Assembly: GCA_030447385.1 (NCBI GenBank)
Contig: JAUJOY010000002.1
Location: forward strand, 450,081-514,080
Direction: 5' to 3'
DNA: 64,000 bases
Source: Mycobacteriales bacterium
GTDB taxonomy: Bacteria; Actinomycetota; Actinomycetes; Mycobacteriales; SCTD01
The translations under genes were made by a program, and so were the position numbers. Below the pieces are notes generated by a model. It was not told the origin of the DNA, did no database searches, and saw only the letters and a list, made by a program, of their open reading frames with translations. This document shows, piece after piece, positions 10,573 to 21,429 of this stretch. Numbering within the stretch: position 1 is the first letter of the stretch; every line of letters begins with the position of its first letter.

Positions 10573-11821
10573 GACCGATGGGCTGGCCAGCAGTGCAGGG
10601 TCGGCCGGGTCGATGGCCGACGTGCTCGCCACCGAACGGGCGGCGCTGAAGGAGACGGGAGGCATCACCGACGGGTCCATCGCGGTGGGTGTGCGCCCCT
10701 CCACACCGCGCAGCCCCGCCGACGTACGCCCGGAGCGGCTGCGCTCCGCGGACCCGGATGCCTTCGTCCTGCCCACCGGGCGGGAGGAGGAGTGGCGCTT
10801 CACCCCGATCGACCGGGTGCGCCCGCTGCTCGACGCCGCCCCGTCCGCCGCCCACCTCTCGGTCGACAGCGAGGTGCCGCCGGGTGCAGAGCTGCTCGAG
10901 CTGCCCGCCGGTTCGGTCGACGTCCCGCTGCCGGTCGACCGGCTGGCCGCCCTCGCGCTCGCCCGCGCCGGCGACGCGCTGGTCGTGCGGGTCCCCAAGG
11001 GTGCTGAGCTCGACGCGCCGGTCGTGCTGCGGCTGACCGGCACGGGCACCGGCGAGGTGGTCTGGGGACACGTCGTCCTCGACATCGCCGAGCAGGCCCG
11101 CGCCACGGTCGTTCTCGAGCACGCCGGCAGCGCGCACTACGCGGCCTGCGTGTCGGTGCTCATCGGCGACGGGGCGCAGCTGCAGCTCGTGCAGGTGCAG
11201 GACTGGGCGCCGGACACGCTGCACGTCGCCCACGTCGCGAGCCGGCTGGGCCGCGACGCCCGGCTGCTGTCCACGCAGGTCAGCCTGGGCGGCGACCTCG
11301 TCCGCATCACCGAGACCGTCGACTTCGACGGGCCAGGAGGCGACGTCGAGCTGCGCGGGGTCTCCTTCGCCGACGGCGGGCAGCACCTGGAGCACCGCCT
11401 GCTGGTGGACCACAGCGCGCCGCACTGCCGCAGCCGGGTGACCTACAAGTCCGCACTGCAGGGCGACGAGGCCCACACGGTGTGGGTCGGGGACGTCCTG
11501 ATCCGGGCCGCGGCCGAGGGCACCGACACCTATGAGCTCAACCGCAACCTGCTGCTCACCCCGGAGGCCCGCGCCGACTCGGTGCCCAACCTCGAGATCG
11601 AGACGGGGGAGATCGCCGGCGCGGGACACGCCAGCGCCACAGGCCGCTTCGACGACGAGCAGCTGTTCTACCTTCGCGCGCGCGGCATACCGGCCGACGA
11701 CGCGCGCCGCATGGTGGTCCGGGGGTTCTTCGCCGAGGTCATCGAGTCGCTCGGTGTCCCGGCCCTGGAGGAGCGCCTGATGGCGCTCATCGAGGACGAG
11801 CTCGGCCGGGCGTTCGCATGA
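10565..11821 (+). CDS. sufD: Fe-S cluster assembly protein SufD
   Basis: 418 aa ending ...[24 protein letters not shown].... TTG 10565 is preceded by GGAGGG. ATG 10613 is an alternative start. Confidence 0.9.
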   Translation: MVRTDGLASSAGSAGSMADVLATERAALKETGGITDGSIAVGVRPSTPRSPADVRPERLRSADPDAFVLPTGREEEWRFTPIDRVRPLLDAAPSAAHLSVDSEVPPGAELLELPAGSVDVPLPVDRLAALALARAGDALVVRVPKGAELDAPVVLRLTGTGTGEVVWGHVVLDIAEQARATVVLEHAGSAHYAACVSVLIGDGAQLQLVQVQDWAPDTLHVAHVASRLGRDARLLSTQVSLGGDLVRITETVDFDGPGGDVELRGVSFADGGQHLEHRLLVDHSAPHCRSRVTYKSALQGDEAHTVWVGDVLIRAAAEGTDTYELNRNLLLTPEARADSVPNLEIETGEIAGAGHASATGRFDDEQLFYLRARGIPADDARRMVVRGFFAEVIESLGVPALEERLMALIEDELGRAFA

Positions 11822-12141
11822 AGGCCGCCGGAAGAGCAGTCCGCGTCTGCGCGTTGACCCAGATACCTCAGGAAGGGTCCCTGCGGGTCGAGGTGGGCGG
11901 CCGCCCCGTCTGCATCGCCCGCTCCAACGGGGAGGTCTTCGCGATCCTCGACCGCTGCTCCCATGCCGACGTTGCCCTGTCCGAGGGCGACGTGGACAAC
12001 GGCACGATCGAGTGCTGGCTGCACGGGTCGCGCTTCGACCTGCGCACGGGGGCGCCCACCGGCCTGCCCGCCATCCGCCCCGTACCGACCTTTCCCGTGA
12101 CCGTCGAGGGCGACGACGTCCTCCTGCAGATGGAGTCCTGA
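11818..12141 (+). CDS. Rieske [2Fe-2S] ferredoxin-like protein embedded in the suf operon
   Basis: 107 aa with CSHADVALSEG...CWLHGSRF, the Rieske CxH...CxxH pattern. It has an ATGA overlap with sufD. Confidence 0.85.
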   Translation: MKAAGRAVRVCALTQIPQEGSLRVEVGGRPVCIARSNGEVFAILDRCSHADVALSEGDVDNGTIECWLHGSRFDLRTGAPTGLPAIRPVPTFPVTVEGDDVLLQMES

Positions 12142-12144
12142 CCC

Positions 12145-12984
12145 ATGACCGTTCCCACCGCCGGCGCGACCCTCGAGATCCGGGACCTGCACGTCTCGGT
12201 GGAGACCGACGGGGCCGACAAGGAGATCCTCACCGGCGTCGACCTGACCATCCGGCCGGGGGAGACCCACGCCATCATGGGCCCGAACGGCTCCGGCAAG
12301 TCCACGCTCGCGTACGCCGTCGCCGGGCACCCGAAGTACACCGTCACCGCAGGCACCGTCACGCTCGACGGCGAGGACGTCCTCGCGATGAGCATCGACG
12401 AGCGGGCGCGGGCGGGCCTCTTCCTCGCGATGCAGTACCCCGTCGAGGTCCCCGGCGTGTCGGTCTCGAACTTCCTGCGGTCCGCCGCCACCGCGATCCG
12501 CGGCGAGGCGCCCAAGCTCCGCCTGTGGGTCAAGGAGCAGAAGGAGGCGATGTCCCGCCTCGAGATGGACCCGGGCTTCTCCGAGCGCAGCGTCAACGAG
12601 GGCTTCTCCGGCGGTGAGAAGAAGCGCCACGAGATCCTCCAGCTCGAGCTGCTCCGCCCGAAGGTCGCCATCCTGGACGAGACCGACTCGGGCCTCGACG
12701 TCGACGCGCTGCGCGTGGTGTCCGAGGGCGTCAACCGCGTACGCGCCGGCGGCACGACCGGCGTGGTGCTGATCACCCACTACACCCGGATCCTCAACTA
12801 CATCAGCCCCGACTTCGTGCACGTCTTCGTCAAGGGCCGGATCGCCGAGTCCGGCGGCCCGGAGCTGGCCGACGAGCTCGAGGCGCACGGCTACGCCAAG
12901 TACGGCGTCGACGCGCTGACGCCGGCCGGCGGTCGCGGGCTGCCGACGAGCCCGGTGCTGCCAGGGGTGGTGGCCCCGGCATGA
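12145..12984 (+). CDS. sufC: Fe-S cluster assembly ATPase SufC
   Basis: Walker A GPNGSGKST, signature FSGGEKKR and Walker B ILDETDSGLD. It has about 30 extra C-terminal residues relative to what I expect for SufC. Confidence 0.95.
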   Translation: MTVPTAGATLEIRDLHVSVETDGADKEILTGVDLTIRPGETHAIMGPNGSGKSTLAYAVAGHPKYTVTAGTVTLDGEDVLAMSIDERARAGLFLAMQYPVEVPGVSVSNFLRSAATAIRGEAPKLRLWVKEQKEAMSRLEMDPGFSERSVNEGFSGGEKKRHEILQLELLRPKVAILDETDSGLDVDALRVVSEGVNRVRAGGTTGVVLITHYTRILNYISPDFVHVFVKGRIAESGGPELADELEAHGYAKYGVDALTPAGGRGLPTSPVLPGVVAPA

Positions 12985-14255
12985 CCGCCGTGGTTCTCCC
13001 GGACCTGGCTGCGGGCTACGACGTCGACGCGGTCCGGTCCGACTTCGCGGTGCTGTCCCGCCAGGTGCACGGACGCCCGCTGGTCTACCTCGACAACGCC
13101 TCCAGCTCGCACAAGCCCCGGCAGGTCCTCGACGCCGAACGCGCCTTCGTCGAGCAGCACTACAGCAACGTGCACCGGGGCGTGCACACCCTGAGCCAGG
13201 AGGCCACGGACTGCTACGAGTCCGCGCGCGCAACGGTGGCCGCCTTCCTCGGTGCGCAGCCCGACGAGGTGGTGTTCACCAAGAACGTCACCGAGTGCAT
13301 CAACCTGGTCGCCTACTCCTTCGGCAACGCCGCACCCGGCTCCCCGTTCCACCTCGGCCCCGGCGACGAGGTCTGCATCACCGAGATGGAGCACCACTCC
13401 AACCTCGTCCCGTGGCAGATGCTGTGCCAGCGGACCGGCGCGACGCTGCGCTGGATCCCGCTCGGCGACGACGGTCGGCTCGACCTGACCGACCTCGACG
13501 CCCTGGTGAACGAGCGCACCAAGGTGCTGGCCTTCGTCCACGTGAGCAACATCCTCGGGACCGCCAACCCGGTCGAGGCGCTCGTGCACCGGGCCCGCAC
13601 GGTGGGTGCGTTCACGCTGCTCGACGGCGCGCAGTCCGCACCGCACCAGCGGGTGGACGTGACGGACCTGGGGGTGGACTTCTACGTCCTGACGGGCCAC
13701 AAGATGCTGGGGCCCTCGGGTGTCGGCGTGCTCTGGGGCCGTAAGGACCTGCTCGACGCCATGCCGCCCTTCCTGGGTGGCGGCTCGATGATCGAGACCG
13801 TGCAGATGTCCGGCTCGACCTACGCGCCGGCTCCTGACCGCTTCGAGGCCGGCACCCCGGTCATCAGCCAGGCGGTGGCGCTGGCCGCCGCCTGCGACTA
13901 CCTGCAGGCGGTGGGCCTGGAGCGCATCGCGGCGCACGAGCACGCCCTCACGGCGCAGCTGCTCGACGGGCTGCGCCGCCTCGACGGCGTCCGGGTGATC
14001 GGGCCGGAGACCACCGAGATGCGCGGCGCAGCAGTGAGCTTCGCCCTCGACGGGATCCATCCCCATGACGTCGGGCAGTCCCTCGACGAGCTCGGGATCG
14101 CGGTGCGGGTCGGCCACCACTGCGCGGCGCCGGTGTGCCGTCGCTACGGCGTGGCCGCGACGACCCGCGCGTCGTCCTACCTCTACAACACCGCCGCGGA
14201 GATCGACGCCCTGCTCGAGGGCATCGTCACCGTCCAGGACTTCTGGCGGCGCTGA
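12981..14255 (+). CDS. sufS: cysteine desulfurase SufS (class V aminotransferase)
   Basis: 424 aa with ...HVSNILGT..., ...LTGHKMLGPSGVGVLWG... (PLP-Lys region) and ...RVGHHCAAP... (active-site Cys loop). Confidence 0.95.
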   Translation: MTAVVLPDLAAGYDVDAVRSDFAVLSRQVHGRPLVYLDNASSSHKPRQVLDAERAFVEQHYSNVHRGVHTLSQEATDCYESARATVAAFLGAQPDEVVFTKNVTECINLVAYSFGNAAPGSPFHLGPGDEVCITEMEHHSNLVPWQMLCQRTGATLRWIPLGDDGRLDLTDLDALVNERTKVLAFVHVSNILGTANPVEALVHRARTVGAFTLLDGAQSAPHQRVDVTDLGVDFYVLTGHKMLGPSGVGVLWGRKDLLDAMPPFLGGGSMIETVQMSGSTYAPAPDRFEAGTPVISQAVALAAACDYLQAVGLERIAAHEHALTAQLLDGLRRLDGVRVIGPETTEMRGAAVSFALDGIHPHDVGQSLDELGIAVRVGHHCAAPVCRRYGVAATTRASSYLYNTAAEIDALLEGIVTVQDFWRR

Positions 14256-14710
14256 TGTCCAACGAGTCGATGTACCAGGAGATCATCCTGGACCACTACC
14301 GCAACCCGCACCACAAGGGGCTGCGCGACCCGTACGACGTCGAGGTCCACCACGTGAACCCGACCTGCGGTGACGAGGTCACGCTGCGGGTGCGGATCGC
14401 GGGCGGCCTCGTGAGCGACGTGTCCTACGACGGGCAGGGCTGCTCCATCAGCCAGGCGAGCACGTCGGTGATGTCGGACCTCGTGATCGGCAAGGCGGTG
14501 GACGAGGCGCTGCGCACGTCGGAGGCCTTCCTCGAGCTGATGCAGAGCCGCGGGCAGCTCGAGCCGGACGAGGACGTCCTCGAGGACGGCATCGCGTTCG
14601 CCGGGGTGTCGCGTTACCCGGCGCGCGTCAAGTGCGCGCTGCTCGGGTGGATGGCGTGGAAGGACGCGACCACACAGGCGGTCGCGGCGAGCGGAGGAGG
14701 ATCGGCATGA
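14255..14710 (+). CDS. sufU: SufU/IscU-like sulfur acceptor
   Basis: MSNESMYQEIILDHYRNPHHKG...NPTCGDEV...GQGCSISQAS...RVKCALL. I moved the start to ATG 14255, which shares one nt with the sufS stop. Confidence 0.9.
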   Translation: MSNESMYQEIILDHYRNPHHKGLRDPYDVEVHHVNPTCGDEVTLRVRIAGGLVSDVSYDGQGCSISQASTSVMSDLVIGKAVDEALRTSEAFLELMQSRGQLEPDEDVLEDGIAFAGVSRYPARVKCALLGWMAWKDATTQAVAASGGGSA

Positions 14711-15195
14711 CCGAGACGACCAGCCAGCCCGAGGCGGGAGCCGAGCCGGCGGGGCCGGCGCGCTCCACGACCACCGACGTGACGATCGGCTCGGCTGCGC
14801 ACCCGCACGGGCCCTCCGCAGCACCCTCCTCCGACGGGCCCGCGAAGGTCCTCGCCACGCCGACGGCCGGCGACACCCCGCGGCCCCGGGCCAGCGAGGA
14901 CGACATCACCGAGGCGATGAAGGACGTCGTGGACCCCGAGCTCGGGATCAACGTCGTCGACCTCGGCCTGCTCTACGGCAACCAGGTCCACGAGGACAAC
15001 ACCGTGACGCTCGACATGACGCTGACCTCGGCGGCGTGCCCGCTGACCGACGTCATCGAGGACCAGACCCGCAACGCGCTGGCCCCGCTGGTGGACGACG
15101 TGCGGATCAACTGGGTCTGGATGCCGCCCTGGGGCCCCGACAAGATTACCGACGACGGCCGGGACCAGCTGAGGGCGCTCGGCTTCAACGTTTGA
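14707..15195 (+). CDS. sufT: DUF59/SufT-type Fe-S assembly protein with a low-complexity N-terminal extension
   Basis: The C-terminal domain reads ...VVDPELGINVVDLGLLYG...LDMTLTSAACPLTD.... ATG 14707 overlaps the sufU stop (ATGA). Confidence 0.85.
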   Translation: MTETTSQPEAGAEPAGPARSTTTDVTIGSAAHPHGPSAAPSSDGPAKVLATPTAGDTPRPRASEDDITEAMKDVVDPELGINVVDLGLLYGNQVHEDNTVTLDMTLTSAACPLTDVIEDQTRNALAPLVDDVRINWVWMPPWGPDKITDDGRDQLRALGFNV

Positions 15196-15356
15196 CCCGG
15201 TCTACCCGCTGATCATGGAGTTCGTGCTCACGCCTGAGCGTGCTGCGCGAGCAACCGCTCCCTGATCGGCGGAGGTCGTGGTGAGCGCCCCCGCGTGATG
15301 GTCGGCGGCACCGTCCGGCCCGCCGCAACGTCCACATCGGCGTGAGCGGACACCCA

Positions 15357-15438
15357 TGCACACATCGTGATCGTCAGCGTGCCCTGCAGTGAGGAGCGCA
15401 CGCTCAGTGGTGGCCGGAAGTGGATCACGATGTGTGCA
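15357..15438. repeat. perfect 16-bp inverted repeat with a 50-nt spacer (structured RNA, bidirectional terminator or binding site)
   Basis: TGCACACATCGTGATC (15357-15372) pairs with GATCACGATGTGTGCA (15423-15438). An inner 7-bp stem pairs AGCGTGC (15376-15382) with GCACGCT (15398-15404). The element lies in a locally AT-richer convergent intergenic region. Confidence 0.6.
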
Positions 15439-15476
15439 GACGTGTCCGCGGGAACGCAATCAGCGCTCTGGGTGCG

Positions 15477-16346
15477 TCAGACGGTGGGGACCGCGAAGGT
15501 GTCGCAGTCGGCCGGATCCCCCCCGCGCAGGCCGGCACGGAACCACTTCTGGCGCTGCTCGGCCGAGCCGTGGGTCCACGACTCGGGGTCGACCCGCCCG
15601 GTGGACTTCTCCTGGATCCGGTCGTCCCCGACCGCGGCGGCCGCGGACAGCCCCTCGCGGATGTCCGCGTCGTCGAGGCTGAGGAAGTCGCGCTGCACGG
15701 CGCTGGCCGCCCAGGCGCCGGCGAAGCAGTCGGCCTGCAGCTCCAGGCGCACCGAGCCGGACTGGGGACCCTCCTGGTCGCGGGAGCGCTGCACCCGCTG
15801 GCTCGTCCCGGTGAGGTTCTGGATGTGGTGGCCGTACTCGTGCGCGATGACGTACGCCTGGGCGAAGTCGCCGCCCGAGGCGCCGTACTGCGTCCGGAGC
15901 ACCTCGAAGAAGCCGAGGTCGAGGTAGATGCCCTGATCGGCCGGGCAGTAGAACGGGCCGACCGCGGAGGTCGCCGAGCCGCAGCCGGTGGTGGTGGCCG
16001 AGCTGAACAGCTGCGTCGTCGCCGGCTGGTAGCCGCGCACCTTGCCGGCCCAGAAGCTCTGGACGCTGTTGACGATGCCGACCACGCGGCAGTCCTCGTC
16101 GCGGTCCGCGTCGGCGCCGGTCTGGCAGCGCTGCGCCAGGTCCGAGGTGCTCACCGGGCCCGTCCCCAGCGAGTCCCCCCCTCCACCGGTGAGGTCGGCG
16201 GGGTTGACCCCGAGCACGAGCGCGATCAGCAGGCCGACGATCCCGAGCCCACCGCCGCCGAGTGCCACCCCGCGGCCACCTCCGCGCCGTCCCCGGACGT
16301 CGCTGACCTGCGAGGTGTCGAGGCGGGCGCGGTCGTTGAAGTCCAT
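15477..16346 (-). CDS. putative neutral zinc metallopeptidase (YpfJ-like), N-terminal membrane anchor
   Basis: MDFNDRARLDTSQVSDVRG... followed by a TM segment, then the ...AHEYGHHIQ... HExxH motif. ATG 16346 is preceded by AGGAG. The track ORF begins further upstream at 16496. Confidence 0.8.
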   Translation of the reverse strand: MDFNDRARLDTSQVSDVRGRRGGGRGVALGGGGLGIVGLLIALVLGVNPADLTGGGGDSLGTGPVSTSDLAQRCQTGADADRDEDCRVVGIVNSVQSFWAGKVRGYQPATTQLFSSATTTGCGSATSAVGPFYCPADQGIYLDLGFFEVLRTQYGASGGDFAQAYVIAHEYGHHIQNLTGTSQRVQRSRDQEGPQSGSVRLELQADCFAGAWAASAVQRDFLSLDDADIREGLSAAAAVGDDRIQEKSTGRVDPESWTHGSAEQRQKWFRAGLRGGDPADCDTFAVPTV

Positions 16347-16485
16347 GCTGCTCCTGAGGCTGGGCGGCCGGTATCCCAGCAGTGTGCCCGCCATCAGGCA
16401 GCGCACCGCTGTGGGGCTTCGGCGTCGCCGGAAAGCGGTTGACCGCGGGCTCCCGCCGCCGCCACGATCCCTGCGTGGGGGGATC

Positions 16486-17046
16486 GTGAGGTCCAAGGCG
16501 GGCTACTGGCTCGGCGGCGCGCTGATGGTCCTGGCGCTCGTCGGCGGGACGGTGTGGGGCCTGACCTCGGTCATGGGGCAGATCCGCGCCGAGAAGGACT
16601 ACCAGCGCGTCGACCTCCCCGGGACCGGAACCGTCGAGATGCAGGCCGGCAGCTACGTCGTCTACGTCGAGGGCCCCGGTGCCGACGTCAACCCGCCCCG
16701 GGTGAACGTCGTCATCACCGACCCGACCGACCAGACGCCGCTCGCGCTGCGGTCCTACCCGGGTTCGTACTCCTACTCCGGGACCACCACCGGCTCCGCG
16801 CTTGCTCTCGTGAGCTCCCCCCGCGCCGGCAGGTACGACGTGCGGGCCTCCAGCGACGAGGCTCTCGGGGGCTCGGCGGTGGCCTTCGGTCAGGGCGAGG
16901 GCCTACGGCTCGGCCCCATCTTCCTGGGAATCGGGATCCTGTTCGTCACCTTCTCCGCCGGCGCGGCCCTCACCCTCGCCACGCTGATCCGCCGCGCGCG
17001 CATGCACCGCCCGGCGCAGCCGCCCCCTCCGTTCGCCTGGTCCTAG
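16486..17046 (+). CDS. hypothetical membrane protein (N- and C-terminal TM helices)
   Basis: This is the C-terminal part of track ORF 16042..17046. It reads VRSKAGYWLGGALMVLALVGGTVWGL......PIFLGIGILFVTFSAGAALTLATLI. I recognised no family. Confidence 0.5.
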   Translation: MRSKAGYWLGGALMVLALVGGTVWGLTSVMGQIRAEKDYQRVDLPGTGTVEMQAGSYVVYVEGPGADVNPPRVNVVITDPTDQTPLALRSYPGSYSYSGTTTGSALALVSSPRAGRYDVRASSDEALGGSAVAFGQGEGLRLGPIFLGIGILFVTFSAGAALTLATLIRRARMHRPAQPPPPFAWS

Positions 17047-17171
17047 CCGCGTCCCAGGTCGCTGCGGCCGGCGCGGCGCCCGCCGGCGCGTACCCTGTCC
17101 TGGTGCCCTTGACGACCGACTGAGCCGGCGCGAGTCGCCGCCCGTCCCGTCGTCCGCCGAGGAGCCCCCGC

Positions 17172-18764
<1,593 letters not shown>

Positions 18765-18777
18765 CTCGGGCTGCGGC

Positions 18778-19803
18778 TCACGCCGGGAAGACCACGACCG
18801 GGCCGCGTACGCCGACCTCGACGTGCGCGCCGACCTCCGGCAGCGGATGCCCGGCCGTACGCGCGGTGGCCGTCGCGCCACCGGGCAGTGCGAGCCGCAG
18901 CAGGGCGTCGTGCCCGTAGAACTCCCGGTGCGACACGACCGCCGGCACGCACGGCAGGTCGGCCGGCGCCAGCTCGAGCTGCTCCGGGCGGATGACGACG
19001 GCGACCTGGCCGCGCAGGGCCGAGTCCGTGCGGTGGGCGCCCAGCGGTGAGCTCACCGTGCCGCCGGCCGCCTCACCGCCCAGCACGATCGTCTCCCCGA
19101 CGAAGGTCGCCACACCGAGATCGGCCGGCGCCGCGTAGACCGACCACGGGTCCGCTGCCTGCACGACGCGGCCGTCGCGGACGACCGCCACGACGTCGGC
19201 GACCGACAGCGCCTCCTGCTGGTCGTGGGTGACGAGGACAGCCGAGGCGCCCGCGGCGCGGAGCGAGGCGCGGACCTCCGCGCGGACGGCGGCCCGCAGC
19301 CCCGCGTCGAGGGCGCTGAACGGCTCGTCGAGCAGCACGAGGGAGGGCCTCGGAGCGAGCGCCCGGGCCACGGCGACTCGCTGCTGCTGGCCGCCGGACA
19401 GCTCGTGCGGCATGCGGCTGCCGAGCCCGGCGAGCCCGACCAGCTCCAGCACCTCCTCCGGGCGCAGGCCCTTGCGCTCCTGGCGCGGCAACCCGAACGC
19501 GACGTTGTCGTGCACCGACAGGTGCGGGAACAGCGCCCCCTCCTGCGGGACCACCCCCACCCGGCGGCGCTCCGGGGGCAGCACCTGACCGGGCCCCTCC
19601 ACGAGCCGGCCACCCACCTCCACGCTCCCGGCCTCGGACCGCTCGAAGCCGGCCACGATCCGCAGCAGGGTGGTCTTCCCGCAGCCCGAGGGCCCCAGCA
19701 GCGCGACCAGCGAGCCGGCGGGCACGTCCAGGTCGAGCCCGGTCAGGACCGGGGCGTCGTAGGACTTGTGCACCCCGCGCACCCGCAGGGCCGGCTCGCT
19801 CAC
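18778..19803 (-). CDS. Fe(III)-type ABC importer ATP-binding protein (FbpC/AfuC-like)
   Basis: This is the C-terminal 341 codons of track ORF 18778..20859. It has [24 protein letters not shown] and LLDEPFSALD plus a TOBE-like tail. GTG 19803 overlaps the permease stop. Confidence 0.85.
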   Translation of the reverse strand: MSEPALRVRGVHKSYDAPVLTGLDLDVPAGSLVALLGPSGCGKTTLLRIVAGFERSEAGSVEVGGRLVEGPGQVLPPERRRVGVVPQEGALFPHLSVHDNVAFGLPRQERKGLRPEEVLELVGLAGLGSRMPHELSGGQQQRVAVARALAPRPSLVLLDEPFSALDAGLRAAVRAEVRASLRAAGASAVLVTHDQQEALSVADVVAVVRDGRVVQAADPWSVYAAPADLGVATFVGETIVLGGEAAGGTVSSPLGAHRTDSALRGQVAVVIRPEQLELAPADLPCVPAVVSHREFYGHDALLRLALPGGATATARTAGHPLPEVGAHVEVGVRGPVVVFPA

Positions 19804-21422
19804 CTGCGGCCTCGGCCGTCGAAGGCTCCGGTGCGCATCCCGAGCAGGTAGGTCGGCAGGGCGGAGAGCAGGACGAGCAGGGCGGCGTACGGCGCGGCGG
19901 CGGAGTAGGCGGCCACGCCGGTCTCCGTCCACAGCTTGGTGGCCAGCGTGCCCGAGCCGAGCGGCTGCAGCAGAAGCGTCGCAGGCAGCTCCTTCATGCA
20001 GGTGAGGAAGACGAGCACGGCGCCGGCACCGATGCCGGGGGCGGCCAGGGGCAGGGTGACGCGGCGCAGCACCGCCGTGGGGCCGGCTCCGGTGCTGCGG
20101 GCCACCTCCTCGAGCCCGGGTGGCGACTGCGCCGCGGAGGCGTGCACCGCGCCGATCGCGAGCGGCAGGAACAGCACGGCGTAGGCGAGGACCAGCACCG
20201 GCGTGCGCTGGTAGAGCGGGAACGCGTAGCGGACGGACAGGAACACCAGCGAGAAGGCGACGACGATGCCAGGCAGTGCGTGCCCGGCCCACGAGGCGCG
20301 CTCGAGCAGCCGGGGGAGCCGCCCCGCCCGCCGGGCGGCGAGGACGCCGACGGGGATGGCGAGCAGGGTCGTGACGAGCGCGCCGAGCGCCGCAAAGGCC
20401 AGGGACGTCGCCGCCGCACCGCCGAGGTCGGATCCGGGCAGGCCACCGCGTACGCCCACCGCCGTCCAGTACAGCAGCGCCGCGGCGGGGAGGCCCAGCG
20501 ACAGCCCGGCCACCGTGGCGGGCAGCAGCAGGGCGGGCAGACGGCGGCGCCCGAGCCGCGACACGGCGCCCTGGCGCGCGCCACCCTGACCGACCCGGGA
20601 GTAGGACGCCCGGCCCCGGCTTCGCGCCTCGAGCCAGACGAGCACGAGCGTGACCGCGACGAGCAGCAGCCCGAGCACGGCGGCCGGCGTCCGGTCGAAG
20701 GAGGACCGGTAGGAGGTGTAGATGACCCGGGTGAAGGCGTCGAAGCGCATGATCGACACAGCCCCGAAGTCGCTGAGGGTGTAGAGCGCGACCAGCAGGC
20801 CTCCGGCGGCCAGGGCCGGCCGCAGCTGGGGGAGGGTGGCCCGGCGAAAGGCCTGCCACGGCGACAGGCCGAGCGAGCGGGCGACCTCCTCGCCGGCCGG
20901 GTCCATGCGCCGCAGGGCCGCCGCCACCGGCAGCAGGACGTACGGGTAGGAGCAGGCCGTCAGGACGACGAACGCCCCGAAGAAGCCGGCGAGGTCGGGC
21001 AGCAGCGAGATCCAGGCGAAGCCGGCGACGTAGGTGGGGATCGCCAGCGGGAGCGCCGCAAGCACCGCCCAGAACCGGCGCCCCGGCAGGTCGGAGCGCA
21101 CGGTCAGCCAGGCCAGGGCGACGCCGATCGCGAGGCAGGCGGTCGTGACCGCACCGGCCAGCAGCAGGCTGCGCAGGAGCAGCCGGGCGGTCCGCTCGCG
21201 CAGCAGGACGTCGGCCACCACGCCGGTGCCGTCCTCGAACGAGCGCACCCCGAGGTAGACCAGCGGAAGCAGCGCCACCGCTGCGGTGACCAGCCCAGGG
21301 ATGACGAGCAGCAGCGGGGGCCGGCTCCGCCGGGCTGCCCGCACCGCCCGGCGCCCCGGGAGGGCGTCCCCCTCCCGGGGCGGGCCCGGGGAGGCCGGCG
21401 GGGCGATCAGCAGCTCGGTCAT
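19800..21422 (-). CDS. Fe(III)-type ABC importer permease (duplicated FbpB/AfuB-like)
   Basis: 540 aa with about 12 TM segments and two binding-protein-dependent permease halves. Confidence 0.85.
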   Translation of the reverse strand: MTELLIAPPASPGPPREGDALPGRRAVRAARRSRPPLLLVIPGLVTAAVALLPLVYLGVRSFEDGTGVVADVLLRERTARLLLRSLLLAGAVTTACLAIGVALAWLTVRSDLPGRRFWAVLAALPLAIPTYVAGFAWISLLPDLAGFFGAFVVLTACSYPYVLLPVAAALRRMDPAGEEVARSLGLSPWQAFRRATLPQLRPALAAGGLLVALYTLSDFGAVSIMRFDAFTRVIYTSYRSSFDRTPAAVLGLLLVAVTLVLVWLEARSRGRASYSRVGQGGARQGAVSRLGRRRLPALLLPATVAGLSLGLPAAALLYWTAVGVRGGLPGSDLGGAAATSLAFAALGALVTTLLAIPVGVLAARRAGRLPRLLERASWAGHALPGIVVAFSLVFLSVRYAFPLYQRTPVLVLAYAVLFLPLAIGAVHASAAQSPPGLEEVARSTGAGPTAVLRRVTLPLAAPGIGAGAVLVFLTCMKELPATLLLQPLGSGTLATKLWTETGVAAYSAAAPYAALLVLLSALPTYLLGMRTGAFDGRGRR

Positions 21423-21429
21423 CGCCGGC

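Noticed and set aside
15228-15428. 66-codon minus-strand ORF (VIHFRPPLSVRSS...RERLLAQHAQA) inside the sufT/peptidase gap, as a possible small protein or type I toxin.
   Set aside because: By my hand count GC3 is only about 80%, against over 90% in clear genes here. There is no obvious SD and no hydrophobic or otherwise recognisable motif. Its start lies inside the arm of the 16-bp inverted repeat. It is kept only as an alternative under the inverted-repeat finding.
18778-20859. 693-aa ORF suggesting a fused permease-ATPase iron transporter.
   Set aside because: The N-terminal two thirds are an out-of-frame read of the permease gene (19800..21422 is the true frame, with TM helices). The ATPase starts at GTG 19803, overlapping the permease stop.
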